Sequence record: SRR20825006_1683
Strand: one strand, 5' to 3'
Length of the DNA stretch: 52,808 bases
The position numbers were made by a program, and so were the translations under genes. Shown piece after piece: positions 10,535 through 20,421 of the stretch. A model generated the notes under the pieces. The model saw only the letters and a list, made by a program, of their open reading frames with translations, was not told where the DNA came from and did no database searches. Numbering within the stretch: position 1 is the stretch's first letter; every line of letters starts with the position of its first letter.

Positions 10535-11311
10535 TTAGTTGGATTGAGGCGTTAAACAAATGGAAGTTCCTTTAATTGAGTTTTCAATATCCAATTTAAA
10601 GTTGATCATCTCTGCACGACTTTGCATGTTTAGTAATCCTAAGCCCGTTTGATTTTCATCAATAAATCCGGTTCCGTTGTCTTTAATGAAAAGTTCGAAA
10701 CCACCTTCTTTGGGAGTTAAGCGAATCATAATTTCAGAGCAATTGGCATGTTTAAAACAGTTAGCTATGGCTTCTTGAAAAATACGATAGGCGTGGATCT
10801 CTATTTTTGGAGAAAAGCGTGTTTTTCCAAGTGTATAAATTTCATTGCGGGAGATTGGATCTCTTGGCAGTTTCATTAAATAGTCTTGAATCGCGGCTTG
10901 TAACCCCATTTTTATTAAAACGGGTGGTTGAAGTTGATGACTTATTCTGCGAATTGAACCAACAATATCGTCAATCACTTGAATAGACATTTGTTGTGGA
11001 GAAGGTTCTCGACTCTCAGTAACCTGGGGTTTCTCACTACTTAAATACATTTTTGCCAACGCCAATTGCGCTCCAATTTCATCGTGAAGATCTGCAGCAA
11101 ACTTCTTTCTGTCTTCCTCTACCGCAGAAAGAGAAGCATGAATCAAAGATTGCTGATGCTCGATTTTAATCTCCTGAAGTTGCTCACGTTGTGCAGCCAA
11201 TCGTTTTTGATAAATCAGCACAAACAGAATAATTGCGACTGCTAACACAAAAGCGAGAAGCATTCCTGCGACAATTAACTGCGCGAAGTCGTTTTCGGAC
11301 GGATTTTCCAT
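10535..11311 (-). CDS. HisKA_3 (NarX-type) histidine kinase with one TM helix and no sensor domain
   Basis: H-box DLHDEIGAQL, N-box QEAIANCFKHA, DNGTGF and GLGLLNMQSRAE. Confidence 0.92.
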   Translation of the reverse strand: MENPSENDFAQLIVAGMLLAFVLAVAIILFVLIYQKRLAAQREQLQEIKIEHQQSLIHASLSAVEEDRKKFAADLHDEIGAQLALAKMYLSSEKPQVTESREPSPQQMSIQVIDDIVGSIRRISHQLQPPVLIKMGLQAAIQDYLMKLPRDPISRNEIYTLGKTRFSPKIEIHAYRIFQEAIANCFKHANCSEIMIRLTPKEGGFELFIKDNGTGFIDENQTGLGLLNMQSRAEMINFKLDIENSIKGTSICLTPQSN

Positions 11312-11937
11312 AAACCAATGCTAAAAAGTGAATAATAAACAGTCATAAAAAACAAGTGTACAGACCATACCCAAATGCCCAATTCGCTTGAGGCAGAAAG
11401 AATAGATCGACTGAAAACAAAGAGAAGTGTAATTGCAGAAAAGTAAACCAATACCGCAGCGTTGATCCAGAAAAGTGGAAGATCAATTAACCTAGATACG
11501 GTCATTGTTTTCATTATTCTTCCCCAAGTCAGCAAAGAGAGCGTAATAAGAATCACGCATTCCATCGTCCGTGTGATATCGTTCATTTCGAAAGGGGAAT
11601 GAATTAAGATACTATCCACGAGTGAGAAGACTACAAAACCAATCCCAAGGATTCCAATTATGATTTTTAGTACACCAGAAAACTGCTCTCGGAAATACAT
11701 TAGGATCAGGAACAATTCTACTGGAACGTATAGATGAGAGATAAACAGATTGTTCAACTGATTTCTCCAAAGGGCGCTTGAGATTACTTCGGCAAGCAGC
11801 GAAATCCCAACGAGCACGATGAGCAAACGTTCTTGTTTGTTTGCAAATCGAAATCGCATGAGACCAACACTGAAGGCTATCAGAATAGGCAAAAACGCGC
11901 AAGATGCGATTATGTGAATTACATTAGAAAGTGGCAT
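11275..11937 (-). CDS. Multi-pass (~7 TM) membrane protein, candidate receptor subunit
   Basis: About seven hydrophobic segments; NNLFISHLY and FWINAAVLVYF; overlaps the kinase start by 37 nt. Confidence 0.8.
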   Translation of the reverse strand: MPLSNVIHIIASCAFLPILIAFSVGLMRFRFANKQERLLIVLVGISLLAEVISSALWRNQLNNLFISHLYVPVELFLILMYFREQFSGVLKIIIGILGIGFVVFSLVDSILIHSPFEMNDITRTMECVILITLSLLTWGRIMKTMTVSRLIDLPLFWINAAVLVYFSAITLLFVFSRSILSASSELGIWVWSVHLFFMTVYYSLFSIGLWKIRPKTTSRS

Positions 11938-11956
11938 GGTTAGGTTATGCTCTTAA

Positions 11957-12343
11957 TTATGACTGTTTGTAAAGAGGGCTCGTTCCGCACGTATTTGGAC
12001 AAGGAAATGCAACGTCATAAATTCCACTTGCTTCTGAGTCTGGATCAATAATATCTGCATCGTCTCTATCTACACCAACCACCAAAATACTAATGTATTC
12101 TGTGCGCACTCCATTTTCTTCACTCACCTCAACTGCGGGATAAACTCGGACATTAATTACTTCCGGGTTTGAAAAAATTTGTTCGAAGTCAACCTTACTA
12201 AGTCTGAAAGATTTTGGGAAAGCTTCGTTCGTTGTTGGATTTATTCTGGATTGCCATGCAAATGTTCTGGCTTGTGCATCGTGCAGAGGAACAGCGTGTA
12301 TGGTTCCTTTGACTGGATTCTGTGGTTTACTCATTTTCTTCAT
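11957..12343 (-). CDS. Small hypothetical protein with a C-terminal YDxxxPCPxxC motif
   Basis: Ends GIYDVAFPCPNTCGTSPLYKQS; first gene of the four-gene cassette; start at 12343 or 12334. Confidence 0.8.
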   Translation of the reverse strand: MKKMSKPQNPVKGTIHAVPLHDAQARTFAWQSRINPTTNEAFPKSFRLSKVDFEQIFSNPEVINVRVYPAVEVSEENGVRTEYISILVVGVDRDDADIIDPDSEASGIYDVAFPCPNTCGTSPLYKQS

Positions 12344-12425
12344 ATTTTGGTTCAATGTAAATAAAATCCTTTATCAGAGCCCAACTACTGTTAAAATCAG
12401 GGGAAAACACGCCCTAGTTTCGGGA

Positions 12426-12490
12426 TTTACGCAAATCGTAAAAAGGATTAAAATTACGCTGTTTTTAGGCCTCAATCTGCCCTAGGTTTG
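12426..12490. promoter_or_regulatory. Inverted repeat and -7 element in the divergent intergenic region
   Basis: TTTACG-caaat-CGTAAA at 12426-12442; TAGGTTTG on the plus strand at 12483-12490. Confidence 0.4.
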
Positions 12491-12600
12491 TGGTGTCACT
12501 AGTTCACGGTATCACCGAGAAGCTTATTGCTCCCAATTTCTCGACAAACCCAAATTAGAGTCACAATGAAACAATTTAATCACATTTAAAAACAGTAATT

Positions 12601-12960
12601 ATGTCACAAACAATGTATTTACAATCGGTAATTTGCCTCAACACATCAGAATCAGGGCACGACGAAGTCTACGTAAAGTATAGTATTGACGGAGGATCAA
12701 CAACACGTTTCCCAAGTTCAAGTGCTGATCCTAACTATAATTCAATGAACAGAGATGATAACAATCCTTGGACAACGAATATTAAGTTACAATTCAATAG
12801 TAGTGTACTTATTGAACTTTGGGATAGCGATACAGGCGGAGATGATCCACTTGGAAGTTATACGTATTCTACAGGAGATGCTCCTTACACAGAATCACAA
12901 TTAGTTACCAATACAAATGGAGCGCGCTACGTGCTTGTTACTGGACCTTCTGTAAAGTAA
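12601..12960 (+). CDS. Stand-alone C2-domain-like protein
   Basis: GHDEVYVK and IELWDSDTGGDDPLGS resemble the two Asp-rich Ca2+-binding loops of C2 domains; A-rich translation initiation region; own terminator. Confidence 0.65.
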   Translation: MSQTMYLQSVICLNTSESGHDEVYVKYSIDGGSTTRFPSSSADPNYNSMNRDDNNPWTTNIKLQFNSSVLIELWDSDTGGDDPLGSYTYSTGDAPYTESQLVTNTNGARYVLVTGPSVK

Positions 12961-12977
12961 TCCAATTCATTTCCATA

Positions 12978-13014
12978 AAAAAAGCCGTTGTCTATTGGGA
13001 ACAACGGCTTTTTT
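12978..13014. terminator. Bidirectional Rho-independent terminator
   Basis: AAAAAAGCCGTTGT-ctattggga-ACAACGGCTTTTTT between convergent genes. Confidence 0.88.
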
Positions 13015-13028
13015 GCGTTTAAATATTC

Positions 13029-14369
13029 TTATCCTTTATACTCGAAAGTTTCGAGGAATTTTGTTGTGAAGTTTCCTGCTTTGAAGTCTTCATTTTCCAT
13101 GAGTTTCAAGTGGAATGGAATTGTTGTTTTAATTCCTTCAATGATATATTCTCCTAGCGCACGTTTCATTTTCGTGATTGCTTCTTCGCGGGTTTGTGCT
13201 ACCACAATCAGCTTTGCAATCATTGAATCGTAGTATGGTGAAATTTCGTACCCAGCATAAGCGTGTGTATCGATTCGAATCCCGTGTCCACCTGGTGCAT
13301 GATAACTCGTGATCTTCCCTGGAGAAGGTCTAAAATCAGCACTTGGATCTTCCGCATTGATTCTACATTGGATGGCATGTAATTTTGGGAAGTAGTTTTC
13401 ACCTGACATACGATCTCCAGCAGCCAATTTAATTTGCTCTTTAATCAAATCGTAATTGATTACTTCTTCCGTAATTGTGTGCTCTACTTGAATTCGTGTA
13501 TTCATCTCCATGAAATAGAAATCACGGTTCTTATCAACCAAGAATTCCACGGTTCCAACACCTTCATAATTCACCGCTTTGGTTGCTTTAATTGCAGCCT
13601 CACCCATTCGCAAACGAAGATCATCCGTCATGAATGGAGATGGTGTTTCCTCTACCAATTTTTGGTGACGACGTTGAATAGAACAATCTCTCTCAGAAAG
13701 GTGACAAGCGTTTCCGTATTGATCACCTGCAATTTGAATTTCAATATGACGTGGTTCTTCGATGAATTTCTCCATGTAGATTCCATCATTTCCAAATGCA
13801 GCACCTGCCTCAGCACGCGTTGCATCCCACGCAGCTTCAATATCTTCTTCTTTCCAAACCACTCGCATTCCTTTACCACCACCTCCGGCAGTTGCTTTTA
13901 GAATGACTGGGTACTTAACCACTTTTGCAGTCTTAATTGCATCAGCTAAATCTTTCAACAAACCTGCAGAACCTGGAATACATGGCACTCCTGCTTTCAA
14001 CATTGTTGCTTTCGCATTCGACTTATCTCCCATTCCAGCAATCTGCTCAGGAGTTGCGCCAATAAACTTTATGTTATGCTCTTGACACACTCTAGAAAAT
14101 TTCTCATTTTCAGATAAGAAACCATATCCAGGATGAATTGCATCTGCATTAGTTATTTCCGCTGCTGCGATGATATTTGGAATTGATAGGTACGATAACG
14201 AACTTTTTGGAGGACCAATACATACGGCTTCATCGGCAAATCGAACTGGCAAGCTATCCTTGTCTGCCGTTGAATATACGGCAACCGTTTTGATTCCCAT
14301 TTCCTTACACGTACGAATGATGCGCAAAGCGATCTCTCCTCTATTCGCAACTAGAATCTTTTTGAACAT
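13029..14369 (-). CDS. accC: Acetyl-CoA carboxylase, biotin carboxylase subunit
   Basis: [32 protein letters not shown] and [10 protein letters not shown]. Confidence 0.97.
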   Translation of the reverse strand: MFKKILVANRGEIALRIIRTCKEMGIKTVAVYSTADKDSLPVRFADEAVCIGPPKSSLSYLSIPNIIAAAEITNADAIHPGYGFLSENEKFSRVCQEHNIKFIGATPEQIAGMGDKSNAKATMLKAGVPCIPGSAGLLKDLADAIKTAKVVKYPVILKATAGGGGKGMRVVWKEEDIEAAWDATRAEAGAAFGNDGIYMEKFIEEPRHIEIQIAGDQYGNACHLSERDCSIQRRHQKLVEETPSPFMTDDLRLRMGEAAIKATKAVNYEGVGTVEFLVDKNRDFYFMEMNTRIQVEHTITEEVINYDLIKEQIKLAAGDRMSGENYFPKLHAIQCRINAEDPSADFRPSPGKITSYHAPGGHGIRIDTHAYAGYEISPYYDSMIAKLIVVAQTREEAITKMKRALGEYIIEGIKTTIPFHLKLMENEDFKAGNFTTKFLETFEYKG

Positions 14370-14447
14370 GTCTCTAAATTTTAAGTGGACACCACTATAC
14401 ACAAGAAAGTCCTAATAAAAGGACTCTCGGGTGTAAATTATTTTTAA

Positions 14448-14927
14448 CTAAGCTGGATCTACAAGGAACAATGGTTGATCGTATTCTACCGGAGAAGAAT
14501 CATCTACCAACACCTTTACTATTTTTCCAGAAATCTCAGATTCAATCTCGTTGAATAATTTCATTGCTTCAATGATACATACCGTATCTCCTTTTCCAAT
14601 GGAATCGCCAACAGATACAAAAGCATCTTTATCTGGACCAGCAGAACGATAGAACGTTCCGATCATTGGTGATTTTACCGTAATGTATTTTGCATCATCA
14701 CTTACCGCTGGAGCGGCAGCAACTGGTGCCACAGGTGCAGGGGCTGGAGCGGCAGCAGCAACTGGTGCTGGTGCAACTTGAACCGGAGCCTGCACGACAT
14801 ATTGTCTTTCATCTCTTAACGCTTCCGCCTTAATAGTGATTTTGAAATCTTTTTGCTCAATTTCAACTTCGTTCACGCCTGACTTGGCAACGAATTTGAT
14901 TAAATCTTGTATCTCTTTAATATTCAT
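14448..14927 (-). CDS. accB: Biotin carboxyl carrier protein
   Basis: EAMKL biotinylation motif; Ala/Pro-rich linker. Confidence 0.97.
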   Translation of the reverse strand: MNIKEIQDLIKFVAKSGVNEVEIEQKDFKITIKAEALRDERQYVVQAPVQVAPAPVAAAAPAPAPVAPVAAAPAVSDDAKYITVKSPMIGTFYRSAGPDKDAFVSVGDSIGKGDTVCIIEAMKLFNEIESEISGKIVKVLVDDSSPVEYDQPLFLVDPA

Positions 14928-14965
14928 CTCCTTACAGATTATTTACACAATAAAGTTAATATTTT

Positions 14966-15955
14966 TTAGGAATTGTAAGCCCATTTGAGGTACACTGCTC
15001 CCCATGTGAAGCCACCACCGAATGCTGAAAGAATGATATTATCTCCTTTCTTCAATTGCTTTTCATAATCCCACAAACAAAGCGGAAGTGTTCCAGCGGT
15101 AGTGTTTCCATATTTTTCGATATTGATCATTACCTTTTCCTTTGGCAATCCCATTCGGTTTGCTGTGGCATCGATAATTCTCAAATTCGCTTGATGAGGA
15201 ACCAACCAATCAACGTCTTCACTAGAAAGGTTATTCTTTTCCATTATTTCGGCTGAAACTTCCGCCATATTCGTTACTGCAAACTTGAATACTTGTTTTC
15301 CTTCTTGCTTTACGAAATGGGCTTTTGTTTCTACTGTTTCAATAGATGCTGGATGCGCAGATCCTCCTGCAGGTTGAATAAGGTAATGACGACCTGAACC
15401 GTCGGCACGCAAGATGAAATCCTGAATTCCTAATCCTTCCTCATTTGGTTCTAACATAACTGCTCCACAACCATCTCCAAAAATCACACATGTTGTGCGA
15501 TCTTCATAATCGATGATCGAAGACATTTTATCCACTCCAACAACTATTACCTTCTTGTATCGACCTGTTTCAATAAATTGAGCTCCTGTTGAAAGAGCAT
15601 AAATAAATCCTGAACACGCTGCAATAAGGTCGTATCCCCAAGCGTTCTTCATTCCCGTTTTATCGCATAAAATATTCGATGTACTAGGAAAAGGATGGTC
15701 AGGAGTAACCGTAGCAACGATTACAAGGTCAATATCTTCAGGTTTGGTATTTGTTTTCTTGAGCAATCCATTCACGGCATGCACTGACATATCAGAAGAC
15801 GCTCCGTCTTTCATGATCCGTCGTTCTTTGATTCCCGTCCTAGACATGATCCATTCATCAGAAGTATCTACAATTTTTGAAAGATCTTCATTAGAGAGAA
15901 CATGCTCAGGCAAGTAACCCTGAACTCCCGTGATCGCTGCTGTAATTTTGCTCAT
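14966..15955 (-). CDS. fabH: 3-oxoacyl-ACP synthase III
   Basis: [15 protein letters not shown] and YGNT catalytic triad motifs. Confidence 0.96.
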   Translation of the reverse strand: MSKITAAITGVQGYLPEHVLSNEDLSKIVDTSDEWIMSRTGIKERRIMKDGASSDMSVHAVNGLLKKTNTKPEDIDLVIVATVTPDHPFPSTSNILCDKTGMKNAWGYDLIAACSGFIYALSTGAQFIETGRYKKVIVVGVDKMSSIIDYEDRTTCVIFGDGCGAVMLEPNEEGLGIQDFILRADGSGRHYLIQPAGGSAHPASIETVETKAHFVKQEGKQVFKFAVTNMAEVSAEIMEKNNLSSEDVDWLVPHQANLRIIDATANRMGLPKEKVMINIEKYGNTTAGTLPLCLWDYEKQLKKGDNIILSAFGGGFTWGAVYLKWAYNS

Positions 15956-15958
15956 AAC

Positions 15959-16897
15959 TTAGTTAAATGCTTCATTTATCTTGGTAGCCAATCCTGAATT
16001 TGCTACTTCCCAAGAATGTAAAATCATATTCTTTACGGCTTTACCATTAGATATTCCGTGTCCGATTATGACATTTCCACGGACTCCTAATATTGGAGTT
16101 CCTCCGTAATTCTCGTAATTAAATCTGTCGAAGTACTCGTCCTTTATTCCACGTTTTTTCATCAACGTGTACATTCCTTCTGCTTGCTTGAGTACCACAT
16201 TCCCTGTGAAACCGTCGCATACAATAACATCGGCCAGTCCGGAGAACAAATCTCTCCCTTCAATATTACCTATAAAATTGATATTGTCGGAAGCTTCCAG
16301 CAATTTATGTGCAGTGGTCGTTAACAAGTTCCCTTTTGATGGTTCTTCGCCAATATTCAGCAAACCGACTCTCGGAGCTTTATTGCCGTAAACATTAGAA
16401 GAATAAAGCGAACCAAGCTCAGCGAATTGCACGAGAACGTCTGGTTTACAATCTGCATTTGAACCAACGTCCAATATAATAGATTGCGTTCCATCAATAC
16501 ATGGTAAAATCGAAGTAATACAAGGTCGGATAATCCCAGGGATCGTATGCACTTTATACATCGCACCAACGAGCATTGCTCCAGTGTTTCCTGTACTAGC
16601 GAATGCTTTGATTTCTCCACTAGCGAGTAAATCGAAGCCAACGGCAATGGAACTATTCGGTTTTTGAGGAATCGCACGTGTTGGGTGATCATTCATCGTG
16701 ATCATGTCAGGTGCATGTACAATTTCGTACTTGCTTGCATCTTCGCCCAACGCAGAAAGGCCACTCAAGATTTGTTCTTGGTCGCCAATCAATACGATCG
16801 TCGTGTCAGACGGTAATTCTTTTATAGCCAGAGACGCACCCAAAAGGTTCGCGTCTGGAGCAAAGTCACCTCCCAGTACGTCTATTCCAATCTTCAT
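15959..16897 (-). CDS. plsX: Phosphate acyltransferase PlsX
   Basis: IDVLGGDFAP, GNTGA, LDVGSN and CDGFTGNVVLK. Confidence 0.95.
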   Translation of the reverse strand: MKIGIDVLGGDFAPDANLLGASLAIKELPSDTTIVLIGDQEQILSGLSALGEDASKYEIVHAPDMITMNDHPTRAIPQKPNSSIAVGFDLLASGEIKAFASTGNTGAMLVGAMYKVHTIPGIIRPCITSILPCIDGTQSIILDVGSNADCKPDVLVQFAELGSLYSSNVYGNKAPRVGLLNIGEEPSKGNLLTTTAHKLLEASDNINFIGNIEGRDLFSGLADVIVCDGFTGNVVLKQAEGMYTLMKKRGIKDEYFDRFNYENYGGTPILGVRGNVIIGHGISNGKAVKNMILHSWEVANSGLATKINEAFN

Positions 16898-16917
16898 AAA
16901 GAAGAAAAATGAACAGA

Positions 16918-17109
16918 TTAAATTGCTACTTCTTTCTCAGCTACAACCTTTCCTTTGTAGTATAGTCTTCCCTCATGCCAGTATGCATGGTGAAACAAGT
17001 GAGGTTGTCCTGTTGTTGGACAAGTTGCGATATTCTTCGCCTCAGCTTTGATATGAGTTCTTCTTTTGTCGCGTCTCGTTCTCGAGATCTTTCGTTTTGG
17101 ATGTGCCAT
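16918..17109 (-). CDS. rpmF: 50S ribosomal protein L32
   Basis: [19 protein letters not shown]; conserved position between yceD and plsX. Confidence 0.96.
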   Translation of the reverse strand: MAHPKRKISRTRRDKRRTHIKAEAKNIATCPTTGQPHLFHHAYWHEGRLYYKGKVVAEKEVAI

Positions 17110-17152
17110 TTTGGTCTATTTATACTTTTTCTGTGCTTTCGCACTTAATTTA

Positions 17153-17722
17153 CTATTCTTTATCTCCTTTTAACTTTCGAAGTGCTTCCCACCTTGGATC
17201 GACGATATCTTCTTCGTCTTCTTCGGTTTCAAACTCTTCTTCGTTCTCTTCGTAATCCCCTTCATAATTCTCCGAGTTTACTACGTATTCGTCAAGTAAC
17301 GACATCATTTCTTCATCACATTCATCATCTTCGTGCACCACACGTGGCGGAAGAGATACAGTGATAAATTCATGAATACTGTCTTTGATGTTGATTTCAA
17401 ATTCTTCAGGGTAAACTACCACCAAGGATTCATCTTCTTCAGGATCTGTAGCAAACTTATAAACCAGTTTGTATTCCCCTTCGATGGAAACTTCCAAAGG
17501 TCCAGTACATCGGTCACATGCCGTGTGAACTGTCCCGTCAATGGAATAACTTCCAATCATCATCGTTTCTTTTTTTTCCAATGTGAAGATGATTTTAACA
17601 TCTCCCTTTTGGATCAACGAATACTCAATACTCTCAAAGAACGCGTCATTGATTTCAAATGTGAATTCATGAACTCCTATTTTCAATCCAACAAACGGGA
17701 TATTAAATTCTTTACCCACCAT
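17153..17722 (-). CDS. YceD/DUF177 family protein
   Basis: CDRC motif and C-terminal DPRWEALRKL; upstream of rpmF. Confidence 0.9.
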   Translation of the reverse strand: MVGKEFNIPFVGLKIGVHEFTFEINDAFFESIEYSLIQKGDVKIIFTLEKKETMMIGSYSIDGTVHTACDRCTGPLEVSIEGEYKLVYKFATDPEEDESLVVVYPEEFEINIKDSIHEFITVSLPPRVVHEDDECDEEMMSLLDEYVVNSENYEGDYEENEEEFETEEDEEDIVDPRWEALRKLKGDKE

Positions 17723-17762
17723 TTTCAACGACTTATTTCCCACACCTCACGGATAGGGGCGG

Positions 17763-17770
17763 CAAAGTTA
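17763..17770 (-). promoter_or_regulatory. -7 element for the yceD-rpmF-plsX-fabH operon
   Basis: TAACTTTG on the minus strand. Confidence 0.6.
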
Positions 17771-17803
17771 ACCATTTTCACGGAAACATGTTAATATCTT
17801 TGC

Positions 17804-18943
17804 TTAATTTTTTTCAAACTTAGTTTTACTGCCATTTTCACGCGAATTTCGGCGCTTTTCTCTTTTTTCTTCTGGGCGTGATTGCAGTGGATCTTGCGAA
17901 ATTTCTCTCTCCATGACATGATTTCTATGCACATCGATGGCTAAATAGATTGCATTTCTCATTGAATCACCTGATGCGATATTCTGTCCCACTATATCAT
18001 AAGCCGTTCCATGATCGGGTGACGTTCTGATAATTGGCAATCCTGCCGTGAAATTTACTCCTTCATCGAATGCCAAAGCTTTAAATGCGGTCAATCCTTG
18101 ATCGTGGTACATCGCCAAAACGCCGTCGTATTCCGATTTCCCTGGAGATCCAAAGAATCCATCCGCTGGAAATGGTCCGAAAGCCAAAATTCCGTCGTTT
18201 CGCATACGTGCAATTGCTGGAATGATCACTTCTTGTTCTTCAGATCCCATTTTTCCATTCTCACCTGCATGTGGATTCAAACCAAATACCGCGATCTTAG
18301 GTCTTAGAATTCCGAAATCCTTTTTTAGGCTCGTTTCAAGTGCCTTAATTTTTGCTGAAATTCTATCGATGGTTAATGCTCCGCTAACTTCCTTTAGTGG
18401 AATATGAGTCGTTACAAGTCCCACTCGCATGGTCGATGACACCATAAGCATCAATGCGTCCTCTTCTCCAGCTAAATCAGCCAGATATTCTGTGTGACCT
18501 GGAAATGCGAATCCCATCTTGCCCATTGCCTCTTTCGAAATCGGGGCGGTCACCAACACGTCAATTTTTCCAGCTGCCAAATCCTTTGTTGCCATTTCCA
18601 ACGAGGCAAATGCGCATTTTCCGCTTGCTTCTGTTGGTTTTCCCATTTCGATGGTTACATCTTCAGTCCAAGCGTTGATCACATTAATTTTCCGTGGCTT
18701 CGCTTCTTCTGCTTCCTTAACCGTTTGATAATTGAATTCATTATCGCTCAGTACTTTCTTGTAATGCGAAAGAACGCGTGTTGATCCATAAATCACCGGG
18801 ATACAATCCACAAGCATTCTACTGTCTCCAAGCGCTTTCATGATTACTTCAGGACTAATCCCATTAATATCTCCCATCGAGATTCCGACCTTTACCAAGG
18901 GCAACGCCGAAACTTCTTTGATTTGTTCCTTTTTATTTTCCAT
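17804..18943 (-). CDS. pdxA: 4-hydroxythreonine-4-phosphate dehydrogenase
   Basis: GHTEYL, GLNPHAGE, AMYHDQG and RTSPDHGTA. Confidence 0.95.
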   Translation of the reverse strand: MENKKEQIKEVSALPLVKVGISMGDINGISPEVIMKALGDSRMLVDCIPVIYGSTRVLSHYKKVLSDNEFNYQTVKEAEEAKPRKINVINAWTEDVTIEMGKPTEASGKCAFASLEMATKDLAAGKIDVLVTAPISKEAMGKMGFAFPGHTEYLADLAGEEDALMLMVSSTMRVGLVTTHIPLKEVSGALTIDRISAKIKALETSLKKDFGILRPKIAVFGLNPHAGENGKMGSEEQEVIIPAIARMRNDGILAFGPFPADGFFGSPGKSEYDGVLAMYHDQGLTAFKALAFDEGVNFTAGLPIIRTSPDHGTAYDIVGQNIASGDSMRNAIYLAIDVHRNHVMEREISQDPLQSRPEEKREKRRNSRENGSKTKFEKN

Positions 18944-20319
18944 TAAGCATACTTTTTAAGAAAGTGATAGAGTAAACGCACTCCTGCACCGGTTCCACCT
19001 TTCGTTTTATAATCACTTGCACTGTCCGCCCATGCTGGTCCTGCGAGATCAATGTGAATATACGGTGCTTTCACAAAATGTTCTAAGAACTTTCCTGCGG
19101 TTATCATTCCCGCATTAGGGCCTCCAATATTTTTTAAATCTGCGATCGATGATTTCATTTCTTCACCGTATTCCTCCCAAAAAGGGAATCTTACTGTTCT
19201 TTCATAAGAAGATTCACCTGCTTCCTCGAGTGCTTTGAAGTGTTTTTCGTCGGCATTACCCATTATTGCAGAGCCATGAAGACCAACTGCGCGAACAGCA
19301 GCTCCTGTCAATGTTGCTGCATCGATCACCAATTCAGGATCGAACTTTTCAGAATAGGCAAGTGCGTCGGCTAGAATCATCCGTCCCTCTGCATCCGTAT
19401 TGAGTACTTCCACCGTTGTTCCATCAAACATCGTTACGACGTCACCAGGGGCATAAGCATTCAAACCAGGGCGATTATCCGTAGCAGGGATTAGCGCAAT
19501 AATATGGAGCGGAAGATTTTGCATTGCTGCTAAGTAAATTGTTCCTACCATCGTTGCAGCTCCACCCATATCACTTTTCATGATATCCATAGAGTTGGGA
19601 GTTGGTTTAAGGCTTAATCCACCTGTATCGTAAACGACACCTTTTCCAACCAAAACAATTGGTTTTTTATTTGTCGCGTTCTTTCCTTTATATTCAATAA
19701 TCGTGAACGTTGGCGGATCAATCGAGCCTTGATTTACGGCTAGTAACCCTCCCATTTTAAGCGATTCGATTTGTCCTTTTTCCAGCACTTTAACGTCTAG
19801 CGGACTCTCCTTCTGCAATTCAACTATTTCATTTGCTAATTGTTCAGCATTTAGAAAAGAAACTGGCTCGTTGACCATATCTCTTGCCCACCAAACTGCC
19901 TTACGTGTGTTATCTACTTCTTGAATTTGCTCTTTTGTAAATGAGCTTGAAACACAAATCTCTTCCAATAAAAAAGCACGCTTTTCTTTGTCTTTAAAGT
20001 ACTTTAAAAACTGATAGCTCGCGAGAACAAATCCCTCCAAAAAGAAGAAACAATCATTGTTTGAACCTATAATTGAAATCTGTTTTACTTCGCGATCCAG
20101 ACGCTTTCTAAATTCTGCACCGAGCTTGCGTAACTTCTCCGCATTGTCGGTTGATTTGACGATCATTTTAAATTCGTCCTTCCCCTCGATAAACGCTTTA
20201 TCCTTCTCTCCTAAATAATCAGACAATAATAGATCGTTCGAAACACTCTGCTCTTTATCGGATAGAATAATCGCGCTGTATGAGATGCTTCCCAATTCGT
20301 CTTTTGCGGTAATTTTCAT
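18943..20319 (-). CDS. pepA: M17 leucyl aminopeptidase
   Basis: GKGVVYDTGG, MKSDMGG and NTDAEGR; stop overlaps the pdxA start (TAATG). Confidence 0.92.
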   Translation of the reverse strand: MKITAKDELGSISYSAIILSDKEQSVSNDLLLSDYLGEKDKAFIEGKDEFKMIVKSTDNAEKLRKLGAEFRKRLDREVKQISIIGSNNDCFFFLEGFVLASYQFLKYFKDKEKRAFLLEEICVSSSFTKEQIQEVDNTRKAVWWARDMVNEPVSFLNAEQLANEIVELQKESPLDVKVLEKGQIESLKMGGLLAVNQGSIDPPTFTIIEYKGKNATNKKPIVLVGKGVVYDTGGLSLKPTPNSMDIMKSDMGGAATMVGTIYLAAMQNLPLHIIALIPATDNRPGLNAYAPGDVVTMFDGTTVEVLNTDAEGRMILADALAYSEKFDPELVIDAATLTGAAVRAVGLHGSAIMGNADEKHFKALEEAGESSYERTVRFPFWEEYGEEMKSSIADLKNIGGPNAGMITAGKFLEHFVKAPYIHIDLAGPAWADSASDYKTKGGTGAGVRLLYHFLKKYA

Positions 20320-20421
20320 GCTTTGTCTTTTGTTGTACAAAAATAATCAACTCAATGGACTGAGCACGCAGGATTACTACCTCAATTGAGGTGACACCTT
20401 AATCATTGACTTAATCGAGTC

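Noticed and set aside
12495-12600. Riboswitch in the leader of the C2-like gene
   Set aside because: Only a weak stem; no match to riboswitch consensus motifs I can recognise.
13434-13901. 155-aa plus-strand ORF and similar short ORFs inside housekeeping genes
   Set aside because: Antisense or alternate-frame shadows of well-supported genes.
14700-14795. GC-rich quasi-repeats
   Set aside because: They encode the normal Ala/Pro linker of AccB.
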